Shown: positions 9,079 to 18,308 of the stretch, piece by piece | How the letters are laid out: the number at the start of each line of letters is the position of its first letter | Position numbering within the stretch: position 1 is the stretch's first letter | NCBI GenBank assembly: GCA_963822445.1 | Contig: CAWGHO010000002.1 | Location: 1,280,001 to 1,344,000, forward strand | Direction of reading: 5' to 3' | Source: an uncultured Acidobacteriota bacterium | GTDB lineage: Bacteria > Acidobacteriota > Thermoanaerobaculia > Gp7-AA8 | DNA length: 64,000 nucleotides | Program-made: the position numbers and the translations under genes | Notes under the pieces: model-generated | What the model was told of the DNA's origin: nothing | Seen by the model: the letters and a program-made list of their open reading frames with translations, nothing else | Databases searched by the model: none

Positions 9079-12000
9079 TTAGTGCCGGTACGTGAACGGA
9101 CCAGCCTGCGAGGTGTTGCCGGCGGCGTCGGTCGAGCTGACGTAGTAGGTATAGGTCGTGTTCCGCTTCGCGCCGCTGAACGAGCGGACGTGGCTCGTGA
9201 CCATGGCCGGATCGGAATCCGCGTACGTCGTGCTGCCGATGATGACGTCGCTGGTCGCCCCTTCGTTGGTGGTCCAGCGGATCTCGAACGCACTGCCGTT
9301 GATCTTCACCGCCGTGACGCCGGAGATGACCGGCGGCGTGGTGTCGGCGCCACCGTTGTTCACGTTGACGCTGATCGTGCTCGACGTACCGGAGTTGCCG
9401 GCCGCGTCGTACGCCTTCGAGCTCAGCGAATGCGAGCCGTTGGCGACAGAAGTCGTGTTCCAGGAGAACGAGTACGGCGCGCTGCTGTCCGTCGCGGCGA
9501 GAACGCCATCGACGTAGAACTCGACGCTGGTCACGCCGACGTTGTCCGTCGCCGAAGCGCTGACCGTGGTCGTGCCGGAGACCGTCGCGCCGTTGGACGG
9601 CGAGGTGATCGACGTCGTCGGAGCGGTGGTGTCGGCCGGAACGGAGTTGTCGACCGTCACCGAGATCGATGCGGACGATCCGCTGTTGCCCGCGGCGTCG
9701 TACGCCGTCGAGCTAAGCGAATGCGAACCGTCGGCGACCGCGCTGGTGTTCCATGAGAACGAGTACGGCGCGCTGCTGTCCGTCGCGGCAAGAACGCCGT
9801 CGACATAGAACTCAACGCTCGTCACGCCGACGTTATCGCTCGCGGAAGCCGAGACCGTCGTATTGCCGGAAACCGTCGCGCCGTCGGACGGCGAGGTGAT
9901 CGACGTCGTCGGAGCGGTCGTGTCAGGCGCCGGCGGAGTGGTCTGCGCGACCACGAGGCCGATGTTGTCGACGTACATGCCGCGCGTCGCCGTGCAACCG
10001 GTCTGGCAGGTGTAGGTGTAGATCGCGAACATGAGCTTGACCTGCGTCGCACCAGCCAGGCTGCTCAGGTTGACCTTGATCTCTTCCCACGAGAGATCGC
10101 CGCCGTCCTTGTAGAAGTCCTCGTTGCGCGTCCAGGACGCGCCGTTGTCGGTCGAGGTCCAGAGACGTCCGCGCGAGTAGTTGACGCACGGCAGCTCGGC
10201 CGCGAGCGAGAAGCGAAGCTCCTGCACGTTGGTGCCGGCGGGAATGAGGATGTTCGGGCTGACCCAGACTTCATCCGGGTTGGCGTACGTCACGCCGCCG
10301 GTGGTGACCGGAGCGCGGTAGCTGTTGCCACGCGCGGCGGTCGGGTGCGCCACGAGCGACCAGTCGCCGTGACGGACTGCCGAGGTGCACGCGCTGGGAA
10401 CGAAGCTCGTCGCGGACGTCCAGCCGGCCTTCGCCTGCGCGTCGCCGTCGTCGAACCAGAGGTAGTTGCGGTTGGTCGGCTTGTCGAACGAGCCGCTGGT
10501 CAGGTTCACGCCGCCGACGGAGATCACGTAGTTGAACGACGCGCTCTGGCAGGTGTTGCAGTTCAGCGTCACCGGGAAGCTGAACTCCGCGGTCTGACCC
10601 GGCGCGAGCGAGGCAACCGTCGCCGGCGACGAACCGCCGACAACCGCGTTCGCGGACGCGAGGGTGACGGCGATGTTGCTGGCCGCTGCGCCGGCGCAGG
10701 TGGAGTTGGTTACGCTGACGGTGATCGTGGCGTTCTCGCCATAGTCGATCCACTCGTCGCCGTCGCCACCGGCAGTGCTGGCGCCGGCATAGCTGACGTG
10801 CGCGGTGGTGGCCGTGCCGTAGACGAACGACATCGACGACGATTCAGCGCTGATGCAGCGAACGTCCTTGATGCCCGAGGCGCCGCCGGCGTTGAGCTTG
10901 TTGTGCGGATCGGTCGTCGCGGTGAAGGAAGCCTGGTTGTCGTCGGCCGACAGCGCGGCGCCCGAAACCGGCGCGTTCAGGCCGGTGGTCGTGTTCGCCC
11001 AGCCCTTGCGGAGGACGTTGGCCTGGTACGGATACGTGCTGTTGCCGCCGCCGGAAACGGAACGGTCGCGGTGCCAGATGACCAGGCCGAACTCGGGGAG
11101 GAACTTCTCGTAGTAGCCGACCGCGGCACGGTTCTCGACCATGAACCACTCGTCGACGTCGTTCGGCGACTTCACGCGATGGAGAACGTTGACCGGCGAC
11201 AGGCCACCCATCGGCGCGACGTTGTAGACGCCGTCGGTCGGATGAACGTCCTTGATCTCCGACTCGAGCAGGAAGCCGTAGCTGTTCGCGTCGGTGTCGG
11301 CGTTCAGCTTGATGTCCTGCTTGAGCGGCGTGCCCATGTGCGCCGGGTGCGTGCCCGACTTCGCGCCGTTGTAGCTGCCGCTGTCCATCAGGTCCCACTC
11401 GCCGGCCGGGACGGACTCACCGCCGGTGTCGTAGATGTCCGGGGCGCCGAGGGTGTGCAGGGCTTCGTGCGCGTAGACGCCGACGCCGAAGAACTTCTCG
11501 GTAATGGTCGGGGGATTGGTCGCATAGTTCAGGCCCGGATTGAACTCGGGCTCGATGGCGTAGATGTGACCGGCCGGGATGGTCTTGCCGTCGACGGCCA
11601 CGTTCACGCGCATGTTCCACTTGTGCGACCAGATGTGCATGTTGCCCGGATCGCTGCCGTCGCAGCCGGAGCCGTAGTACTCCTGTCCTTCGCGGGCGTG
11701 CACGACGAAGATCATCAGCTCGGCGTCGGAGATCGTGCCGTTGCCGTCGGTGTCGTACACCGAGAAATCGACGTCGGCGTTGGCCTGCTGCACCGCCCAG
11801 GTGATCAGGTCTTTGATGCCGCCGGTGCTGGTGCCCTTGTCTTCATCGCACTGGCCCATGGTCGTACCGGATTTGCCCCAGTAGGCCATCGTCTGCGGGT
11901 TGGTGTACCAGCCGTCATTGACGAGCGTGCCCGTGCCGGCCTGGCCGACACCGCGCTGCGCTACTTTGACGTTCCACTGGAAGCGGCCGTACGAGGCTTC

Positions 12001-12660
12001 CTTGTAGAAGTGATTGAGGCCACCCTCGACGGTCGGGTCGCCGAGGAGCTTCTGCCAGGTCGGGGCGGAGTTGTTCATGCCCGGGATCGGCTCGAAGCCG
12101 GGCTCGCCGGGGATGTTCGTGCCGTTGGTGTGCTTCCAGTCGGAGAACTCGACCAGGACCACCAGGACGGGAACGGTGGTCGGGGTGAGGTTCACAGCGT
12201 CGCTGCCGGCAGTGAAGCGGCCGGTGCTGCGGACGTTCTTCTTGGAGTTGCGGAAAAGCTCTCCGATCGAGCCGTCGTCCTGCTGCTCGAACGGCGGGCC
12301 GGGGAGCTGGGAGGCGTCGATGGCGGGACGAACGTGCTTGCGCCACGCCGACGGCGCCTTCTCTTTTCCGGGCTTGTACTTCGAGGGTTTGAGCTGATTG
12401 GTTTTGTGGGAGGCCGGGTCGGCGTACACGTACCAGCCGGTGGACTCATCACGGACGACGGTGTGTCCTTCGGCGTCCTCGACGAAGACGATGCGCTCGT
12501 CGCCGATCATCTTTGCCACGAACGGCGTGCCGTCGGGCTGGTAGTAGATGACCGGTTTCGGATTGGCTTTGACGGCGAACGCCTGCTGGGCGCCCGCAAG
12601 AGCGAAAACTACCGCCAACGCGACTGTCGCCAGCCGCGCGGTGCGCGAGATACCTGTCAT
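9079..12660 (-). CDS. Secreted M6-family (immune inhibitor A-like) zinc metalloprotease with tandem Ig-like domains
   Basis: Signal peptide, QPDG N-terminal domain, VLVEFSD, AHEALHTLGAPDIYD, WDLMDSGSY and FMVENR motifs; two DTTAPT Ig repeats. Confidence 0.9.
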   Translation of the reverse strand: MTGISRTARLATVALAVVFALAGAQQAFAVKANPKPVIYYQPDGTPFVAKMIGDERIVFVEDAEGHTVVRDESTGWYVYADPASHKTNQLKPSKYKPGKEKAPSAWRKHVRPAIDASQLPGPPFEQQDDGSIGELFRNSKKNVRSTGRFTAGSDAVNLTPTTVPVLVVLVEFSDWKHTNGTNIPGEPGFEPIPGMNNSAPTWQKLLGDPTVEGGLNHFYKEASYGRFQWNVKVAQRGVGQAGTGTLVNDGWYTNPQTMAYWGKSGTTMGQCDEDKGTSTGGIKDLITWAVQQANADVDFSVYDTDGNGTISDAELMIFVVHAREGQEYYGSGCDGSDPGNMHIWSHKWNMRVNVAVDGKTIPAGHIYAIEPEFNPGLNYATNPPTITEKFFGVGVYAHEALHTLGAPDIYDTGGESVPAGEWDLMDSGSYNGAKSGTHPAHMGTPLKQDIKLNADTDANSYGFLLESEIKDVHPTDGVYNVAPMGGLSPVNVLHRVKSPNDVDEWFMVENRAAVGYYEKFLPEFGLVIWHRDRSVSGGGNSTYPYQANVLRKGWANTTTGLNAPVSGAALSADDNQASFTATTDPHNKLNAGGASGIKDVRCISAESSSMSFVYGTATTAHVSYAGASTAGGDGDEWIDYGENATITVSVTNSTCAGAAASNIAVTLASANAVVGGSSPATVASLAPGQTAEFSFPVTLNCNTCQSASFNYVISVGGVNLTSGSFDKPTNRNYLWFDDGDAQAKAGWTSATSFVPSACTSAVRHGDWSLVAHPTAARGNSYRAPVTTGGVTYANPDEVWVSPNILIPAGTNVQELRFSLAAELPCVNYSRGRLWTSTDNGASWTRNEDFYKDGGDLSWEEIKVNLSSLAGATQVKLMFAIYTYTCQTGCTATRGMYVDNIGLVVAQTTPPAPDTTAPTTSITSPSDGATVSGNTTVSASASDNVGVTSVEFYVDGVLAATDSSAPYSFSWNTSAVADGSHSLSSTAYDAAGNSGSSASISVTVDNSVPADTTAPTTSITSPSNGATVSGTTTVSASATDNVGVTSVEFYVDGVLAATDSSAPYSFSWNTTSVANGSHSLSSKAYDAAGNSGTSSTISVNVNNGGADTTPPVISGVTAVKINGSAFEIRWTTNEGATSDVIIGSTTYADSDPAMVTSHVRSFSGAKRNTTYTYYVSSTDAAGNTSQAGPFTYRH
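9356..9924 (-). repeat. Intragenic tandem duplication of a ~291 bp Ig-like domain
   Basis: Near-identical DTTAPTTSITSPS.GATVSG...AYDAAGNSG units at about 9647-9924 and 9356-9633. Confidence 0.9.
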
Positions 12661-12711
12661 TGATCCCCCTCGGAGTTGTGTTGATTGCTGAAGCTGAAGG
12701 GACGCCTACAA

Positions 12712-12727
12712 GGCAACCGGCGCGCCA
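12712..12727 (-). promoter_or_regulatory. Putative sigma-54 (-24/-12) promoter of the M6 protease gene
   Basis: Minus strand TGGCGCGCCGGTTGCC fits GG-N10-GC; palindromes lie upstream at 12744-12768, 12792-12808 and 12844-12860. Confidence 0.55.
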
Positions 12728-12860
12728 GCTCTGCGCAGAAAGTTAAGTCATTGCCTGGGAGTGACTTAGCTTTTCGGCCACAAACCGATGGGGATCAAAA
12801 CTTAATCACAGACCTCCAAGGACGGGTCAAAGACCGGCCACAAGGATCAGAAATTGATCC

Positions 12861-14630
12861 TCAGTCCAGACGCACGTCGTCGACTTGTAACTGAAACGCG
12901 CCCGGCTTCGGCCCGCCGGCGATGATGATCGCGGTCATGTCCTTGCCGTCGATGCCATCGAAGCTGGCGATGGGGAACTCGTGCTCGGCCCATTCGCTGC
13001 CGGCCACGAACGACTTCATGAGCGGCGTGTAGCCCTTGCTCTGCGTGAAGATCATCACGCGGTAGGTCTGGCCGTCGCCTTTCGCGCGGAAGCGGATGGT
13101 CTTCTTCGAGGAGAGATCGGCGGGCTGGAACATCTGCTTGCCGGGCGTGAACATCGCTCCTGCCCACGCGTACGGAAGCGGCCCGACGATCTCGCCGGTG
13201 ATGGAAAGCGCGCCGTCGACGACCTTGATGTCCGCTTTCGACGTACCGCCGGCGACGGCGTCGGTGGTGACGATCCAGCCCAGGCCGAAGGTCGAATTCG
13301 TAGTGCCGTCGTTGAAGTCGCTGATCATTCCGCCTTCGACGCCCGCCGGTTTCGCGCCGTAATTCGCATTCGCCTCGGCGACGGTTTTCGCGTACGCCGC
13401 GCGATCGAAGGGAACGCCGCTCTTCCAGATGCCGGCGATGTCGCGCGTCGCGGTGATGTCTTTCGTCGGGTCGCCGTTGACGAGGAGGAGATCGGCGCGG
13501 CGGCCGATCTCGATCCGCCCGCGATCGTCGAGGTTGAACGCCCGCGCCGGAGCGCTGGTCGCCGCAATCAACGCTTCGGTCGGCGTCAGACCGGCTTCGA
13601 CCAGCAACTCCAGCTCGCGATGCAGCGCGCTGCCGTGCGAGGTTCCTGGATTTCCCGCGTCGGTGCCTGCGAGGATCGGCACCTTCGCCGCACGAAGCTG
13701 TTTGATCGCGTTGACCGCCGGCGAGTACTCGGGCGGCTTGCGCATCCGGAAGCCGGCCTTGAGCTGCTCGATCTCCGGCTTCGTCAAATACGGCACGACC
13801 CGCTTGTCCTCGACGAGCGGCGCCGCGCCGCCGGTTCCGCCCATGCTTTTCAGCACCGTGAGTGTCGGGATGACGAAGATTCCGCGCTTCTTCGCGTCGA
13901 AGCCGAACGCGGCGTCGGGTTGCTGGTCGACAGTCAGGTGAACGAGCGCGTCCGCACCGGCGTCGATCGCCGCGCGCATGCCGGCCAGCGTCCCCGGATG
14001 CACGACCGCGAGCTTCTTCCGCGCGTGCGCCGCATCGATGACCGCCTTCAGCGTTTCCTTGCTGATCGTCGCAAAGGAGGTTCCGTACGCGCTGCCGTCA
14101 TCGAGCACGATCTTGATGAAGTCCGATCCTTCCGCGATCCGCGCGTCGACGAACGCCTGGGCCTCTTCCGGCTTTGTGATCGTGGGAATGGGCATCCCGT
14201 ACTCGGTGCCATGTCCACCCGGCGCGGTGACGAGAATCCCCGCGGAGACGAGATCGGCGCGGTTCGTGGCCTTGCCCGCGGCCTGCTCCGCTTTCATCGT
14301 CTTCAGCAGATCGACGGTCGTGAACATGTCCAGCTCGGTGGTGACACCGAAGGCCAGCGCGGTCTTCAACGCGTCGCCCCAGGTATGGGTGTGCGAGTCG
14401 ATCAGCCCGGGCAGCAGAGTCTTACCGGTGCCATCGACGACTGTCGCGCCGGTGACCTTCAGCTTGCCGATCCCGGCGATCTTCCCGTCCTTCACCAGGA
14501 CGTCGCGCGTGCCGACGACCTTCTGTCCGTCGAAGAGGCGGACGTTCCGGAAAAGGGTGGTCTGACCCTGGGCGGCGAGGCTGGCGAGGAGAGCCATGCT
14601 GAAAGAAAGGCTGAAGAGCATCTTGCGCAT
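12861..14630 (-). CDS. Secreted amidohydrolase with C-terminal CIA30/CBM-like domain
   Basis: Signal peptide, PGLIDSHTH, AGTDAG and GRIEIGRRADLLLV motifs; the C-terminal ISDF..GW...DGQTYRV region is CIA30-like. Confidence 0.85.
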   Translation of the reverse strand: MRKMLFSLSFSMALLASLAAQGQTTLFRNVRLFDGQKVVGTRDVLVKDGKIAGIGKLKVTGATVVDGTGKTLLPGLIDSHTHTWGDALKTALAFGVTTELDMFTTVDLLKTMKAEQAAGKATNRADLVSAGILVTAPGGHGTEYGMPIPTITKPEEAQAFVDARIAEGSDFIKIVLDDGSAYGTSFATISKETLKAVIDAAHARKKLAVVHPGTLAGMRAAIDAGADALVHLTVDQQPDAAFGFDAKKRGIFVIPTLTVLKSMGGTGGAAPLVEDKRVVPYLTKPEIEQLKAGFRMRKPPEYSPAVNAIKQLRAAKVPILAGTDAGNPGTSHGSALHRELELLVEAGLTPTEALIAATSAPARAFNLDDRGRIEIGRRADLLLVNGDPTKDITATRDIAGIWKSGVPFDRAAYAKTVAEANANYGAKPAGVEGGMISDFNDGTTNSTFGLGWIVTTDAVAGGTSKADIKVVDGALSITGEIVGPLPYAWAGAMFTPGKQMFQPADLSSKKTIRFRAKGDGQTYRVMIFTQSKGYTPLMKSFVAGSEWAEHEFPIASFDGIDGKDMTAIIIAGGPKPGAFQLQVDDVRLD

Positions 14631-14723
14631 GGATGGCAATGTAAGAGAGGTCGGGCGGAGGCGGGAGAAAGAAACGTCAGGGATTCGGGATGACAAAGGT
14701 AACGAGCAACGTTCTCCAACCGA

Positions 14724-17490
14724 ATGCCCTCTCGCACAATCTCCATCCGCGGGGCGCGGACGCACAATCTCAAGAACGTATCGGTCGACATTCCCCAGCG
14801 CCAACTGACGGTCATCACCGGTCCGTCCGGCTCGGGAAAGTCGTCGCTGGCCTTCAATACTCTCTATGCCGAGGGGCAGCGGCGGTTCGTCGAGTCGATG
14901 TCGACGTACGTGCGGCAGTTCCTGGAGCGGATCGACCGCCCCGACGTCGATGAGATCGACGGAATCCTCCCCGCCATCGCCATCGAGCAGAAGAACTCGG
15001 TCAAGAACGCGCGCTCCACGGTTGCGACCGCCACCGAGCTTGCCGATCACATCCGCCTCTTCATGACCTACTGCGGCGAGACCTGGTGCCCCGACTGCCG
15101 GGTGAACGTGCGCAAGGAGAGTCCCGAGTCGATCGCCAGCACGATCCTGGAAACGCTCGCCGGCAAGCGCGTGGTCGTGCTCGCCCCGGTATTCTTCGAT
15201 CCCGCCCATCGCGAAGTGGTCGTCGAGCAGCTCGTGAAAGCGGGCTTTTTCCGCGCCTGGCTGAACAACGCCGTCGTCGATCTCAATGAGCTCGATACCT
15301 CGAAGTTCACCTCGCTGGAGATCGTGATCAATCGCCTCCGCGTCGAGGAAGAACGACGGACGCAGATCACCGAGGCGCTGGAGCAGGCGTTCGAGGTCTC
15401 GAAAGGGACTGTCAATGTCCTCGAGGAATCAGAGGAAGGCTGGCTCAGTCACCGATTCACGTCGCACTTCGCCTGCAACAAATGCGGCCTCGAGTTCATC
15501 GAGCCGACCCCGCACATGTTCTCGTTCAACTCGCCGCTCGGCGCGTGCACGAACTGCCAGGGCTACGGCCGGATCATCGGCATCGACATGGAGAAAGTGA
15601 TTCCCGAACCGCGACCTGCGGCTCGACGAGCTGCCCATCGCACCGTGGAACTCGGCCGGTTACGAAGACTGCTACGAAGATCTGGAGAAGGCCGCGGCGA
15701 AGTACAAGCTGCGCCTCGACGTCCCCATCAAAGACCTGTCCGCGGCCGAATGGGAGCTGCTCTACAACGGCCGCAGCAAGTGGTACGGCATCAAGGGCTT
15801 CTTCGAGTGGCTGGAAACGAAAAAGTACAAGATCCACGTGCGGGTGAAGCTCGCCAAGTACCGCAGCTACGAGCCCTGCCCGCAATGCCACGGCTCGCGG
15901 CTCAAGAGCGTGGTGAACAACGTGAAGTTCCGCGAGCTCACCGTCGGCGAGCTCTTCGCGATGAACGTGAAGACCGCGCGGCGCTTCTGGGAGTTCCTTC
16001 CGATGACGAAGCACGAGGAAGGGCTGGCCGGACATCTGCGGCGGGAGATCGTCAATCGCCTGGTTTATCTCGATGAAGTCGGTCTCTCATACCTCACGCT
16101 CGATCGCCAGACCCGCACCCTCTCCGGCGGCGAGTCCCAGCGCATCAATCTCGCGGCGGCACTCGGCAGCTCGTTGACGGAGACGATGTACGTGATCGAC
16201 GAGCCGACGGTCGGACTGCACGCGCGCGACAGCGAGCGCCTGCTGGCCGTGTTGCGGCGATTGAAGAACGCCGGGAACACGGTGATCGTGGTGGAGCACG
16301 ATCCGACGATCATTGCCGGGGCGGATTATTCGGTTGAACTTGGACCGGGAGCAGGCGAGTACGGTGGTGAGGTGATGTATTCGGGGCCGGTGCGCGTGTC
16401 GGAAGTGCCCGTCCCGCCCAGGTCCCTCGACTCCGCTCGGGATGACATGGGCAAGCTCAAGATCGTCAACGCGCGCGAGCACAACCTCAAGAACGTCACC
16501 GTCGACATCCCCCTCGGCAAGCTCGTCGCGGTGACCGGTGTCTCCGGCTCCGGCAAGTCGACGCTCATCCGCAACTGCCTGTACAACCGCTACCAGCGCG
16601 ATGTGCGCGGCACGGCCGGACTGGAAACGGGCAAGGTCGACGCGATTCTCGGCGTCGACCGGATTTACGACATGGAGCTCGTCGACCAGTCGCCGATCGG
16701 ACGCTCGTCGCGTTCGAATCCCGCGACGTACATCAAGGCCTGGGACGAGATCCGCAAACTGCTCGCCGAAACGACGACCGCGAAACTGAACGGCGTCACG
16801 CCGGGCATGTTCTCGTTCAACACGGAAGGCGGGCGTTGCGAGGTCTGCCAGGGCGCCGGGACGGTGACCATCGACATGCAGTTCCTCGCGGACGTGGAAG
16901 TGGTCTGCGACAAATGCGACGGCCGCCGCTTCGGCGAGCAGGTGATGAAGGTGACGTTCAAAGGGAAGAACGTGAACGACATCCTCAACCTCACTGTCGA
17001 TGAAGCAGCGAAGTTCTTCGTCGCGAAACGCGCGCTGCTCAAGCGGCTCGACGCCCTCCGCTCCGTAGGCCTCGGCTATCTCCGCCTCGGCCAATCCACC
17101 GATTCGCTCTCCGGCGGCGAGGCCCAGCGCCTGAAGCTCGCGTCGTTCCTCTCCGAAGCCGCGAACATCGACAAGCCGCGCCTCTTCCTCTTCGACGAGC
17201 CGACCACCGGCCTTCATCACACCGACGTGCAGGTGCTGATCAAGACCTTCCGCGATCTGCTCGAGCGCGGGAACTCCGTCCTCGTGATCGAGCACAACAC
17301 GCAGCTCATCGAGCAATCGGACTGGGTCATCGACCTCGGCCCCGAGGGTGGGGACGGGGGCGGGGAGGTGGTGGCGGTTGGAACGCCGGAGGAGATCGCG
17401 GGGAATGAGCGGTCGATTACGGGTAGGTATTTGTTTAGGAGTGCGGTGGCGGAAGCCACCGCTTTGGCAGGCAGCGCCGCCGCTCTGTAG
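14724..17490 (+). CDS. uvrA: Excinuclease ABC subunit A (UvrA family); +1 insertion near 15604
   Basis: Two ABC halves ([34 protein letters not shown]) and Zn fingers; ORFs 14724.. and ..17490 join after removing one C at 15603-15605. Confidence 0.92.
16413..16447 (+). repeat. REP family B half-element embedded in-frame in uvrA
   Basis: 16421-16447 GGTCCCTCGACTCCGCTCGGGATGACA is identical to 23799-23825; it encodes part of [10 protein letters not shown]. Confidence 0.8.
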
Positions 17491-17528
17491 CGATACCAGA
17501 GCGGCGGCTTTGCCGCCGCACTCCTAAA
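17434..17528. repeat. REP-like element, family C (GGAGTGCGG...CCGCACTCC), overlapping the uvrA 3' end
   Basis: TTTAGGAGTGCGG / CCGCACTCCTAAA 13 bp terminal inverted repeat with internal hairpins; same family as 60732-60793. Confidence 0.78.
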
Positions 17529-18158
17529 TTACCTCCGCGAATCCAGCGCGTCGATGCGATTCGCCTGGAACACGTTCCCGCGCACCCACTCCCCCTCGAG
17601 CTCCACGTAATCGCCGCGGCGGACGTCGGAGATGTCGATGCCGTAACGGCGGCGATCGGCGCGACGCGCGTCCACGGTGATTTGCCGGCCGCTCCGCTGA
17701 TCGCGGATCTCCATCACGTCGCGGCGGTAATCGATCCGCTGCACCACGCCGGAGACATAACCGTTTCCACCACGGCCACGGCCGCTGTTGTCGTCGTAGA
17801 TGTCGGCGTTGGAGACGTAGATGTATCCGCGGTCGTCGTAGTAGCCGCCGCCGAGGCGGATGTTGATACCGATCGAGAGGCCGCGATTGTGGCCGCGCCA
17901 CGCGGATGACGGCACGTAGTACCACTGGCTGCCGCGATCGAGCTGCACGCGATAGCCATCGCGCTCCCGATGAAGATTGGTCACGCGACCCTGCGCCGAA
18001 AGATTGCGTCGATCATCACGCCGATCTTCGCGACGCTCCTCGCGTCGCTCCGAGCGACGCCAGTCCGCCTCGTTTTGAGGACGCGATTCCGCGAACGTGG
18101 ACGTGGCGAGCAACGTTGAAACTGCGAGAACTGCACTTAACTGCTTGAATTTCTTCAT
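17529..18158 (-). CDS. Hypothetical secreted protein with OB-fold/DUF5666-like repeats
   Basis: GGAGG RBS, signal peptide MKKFKQLS...TFA, and a GVVQRID...DVRRGDYVELEG unit. Confidence 0.7.
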   Translation of the reverse strand: MKKFKQLSAVLAVSTLLATSTFAESRPQNEADWRRSERREERREDRRDDRRNLSAQGRVTNLHRERDGYRVQLDRGSQWYYVPSSAWRGHNRGLSIGINIRLGGGYYDDRGYIYVSNADIYDDNSGRGRGGNGYVSGVVQRIDYRRDVMEIRDQRSGRQITVDARRADRRRYGIDISDVRRGDYVELEGEWVRGNVFQANRIDALDSRR

Positions 18159-18245
18159 GGTCCCTCCTAGGACGATCACTGCTGCCGGGACCGTTTCGCA
18201 ATCGATTGACCAGAATCAGTGCAGCGCTGCTACGGAGCTGTCACG

Positions 18246-18261
18246 TGGCAAAACGGTTGCT
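18246..18261 (+). promoter_or_regulatory. Putative sigma-54 promoter of the OPT transporter gene
   Basis: TGGCAAAACGGTTGCT closely matches TGGCAC-N5-TTGCW and ends 47 nt before the ATG. Confidence 0.6.
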
Positions 18262-18308
18262 GTCGCTAAAGTACAATTCATCCACTTTTCGAGAGCAGGA
18301 GCGACGCA

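Noticed and set aside
10345-12663. Long antisense or alternate-frame ORFs (also 12981-14693, 21530-23485, 30539-33142, 34032-36383, 40204-41736, 55255-56982)
   Set aside because: They are shadows of real genes caused by high GC3 and stop-codon scarcity, and they show no recognisable motifs.
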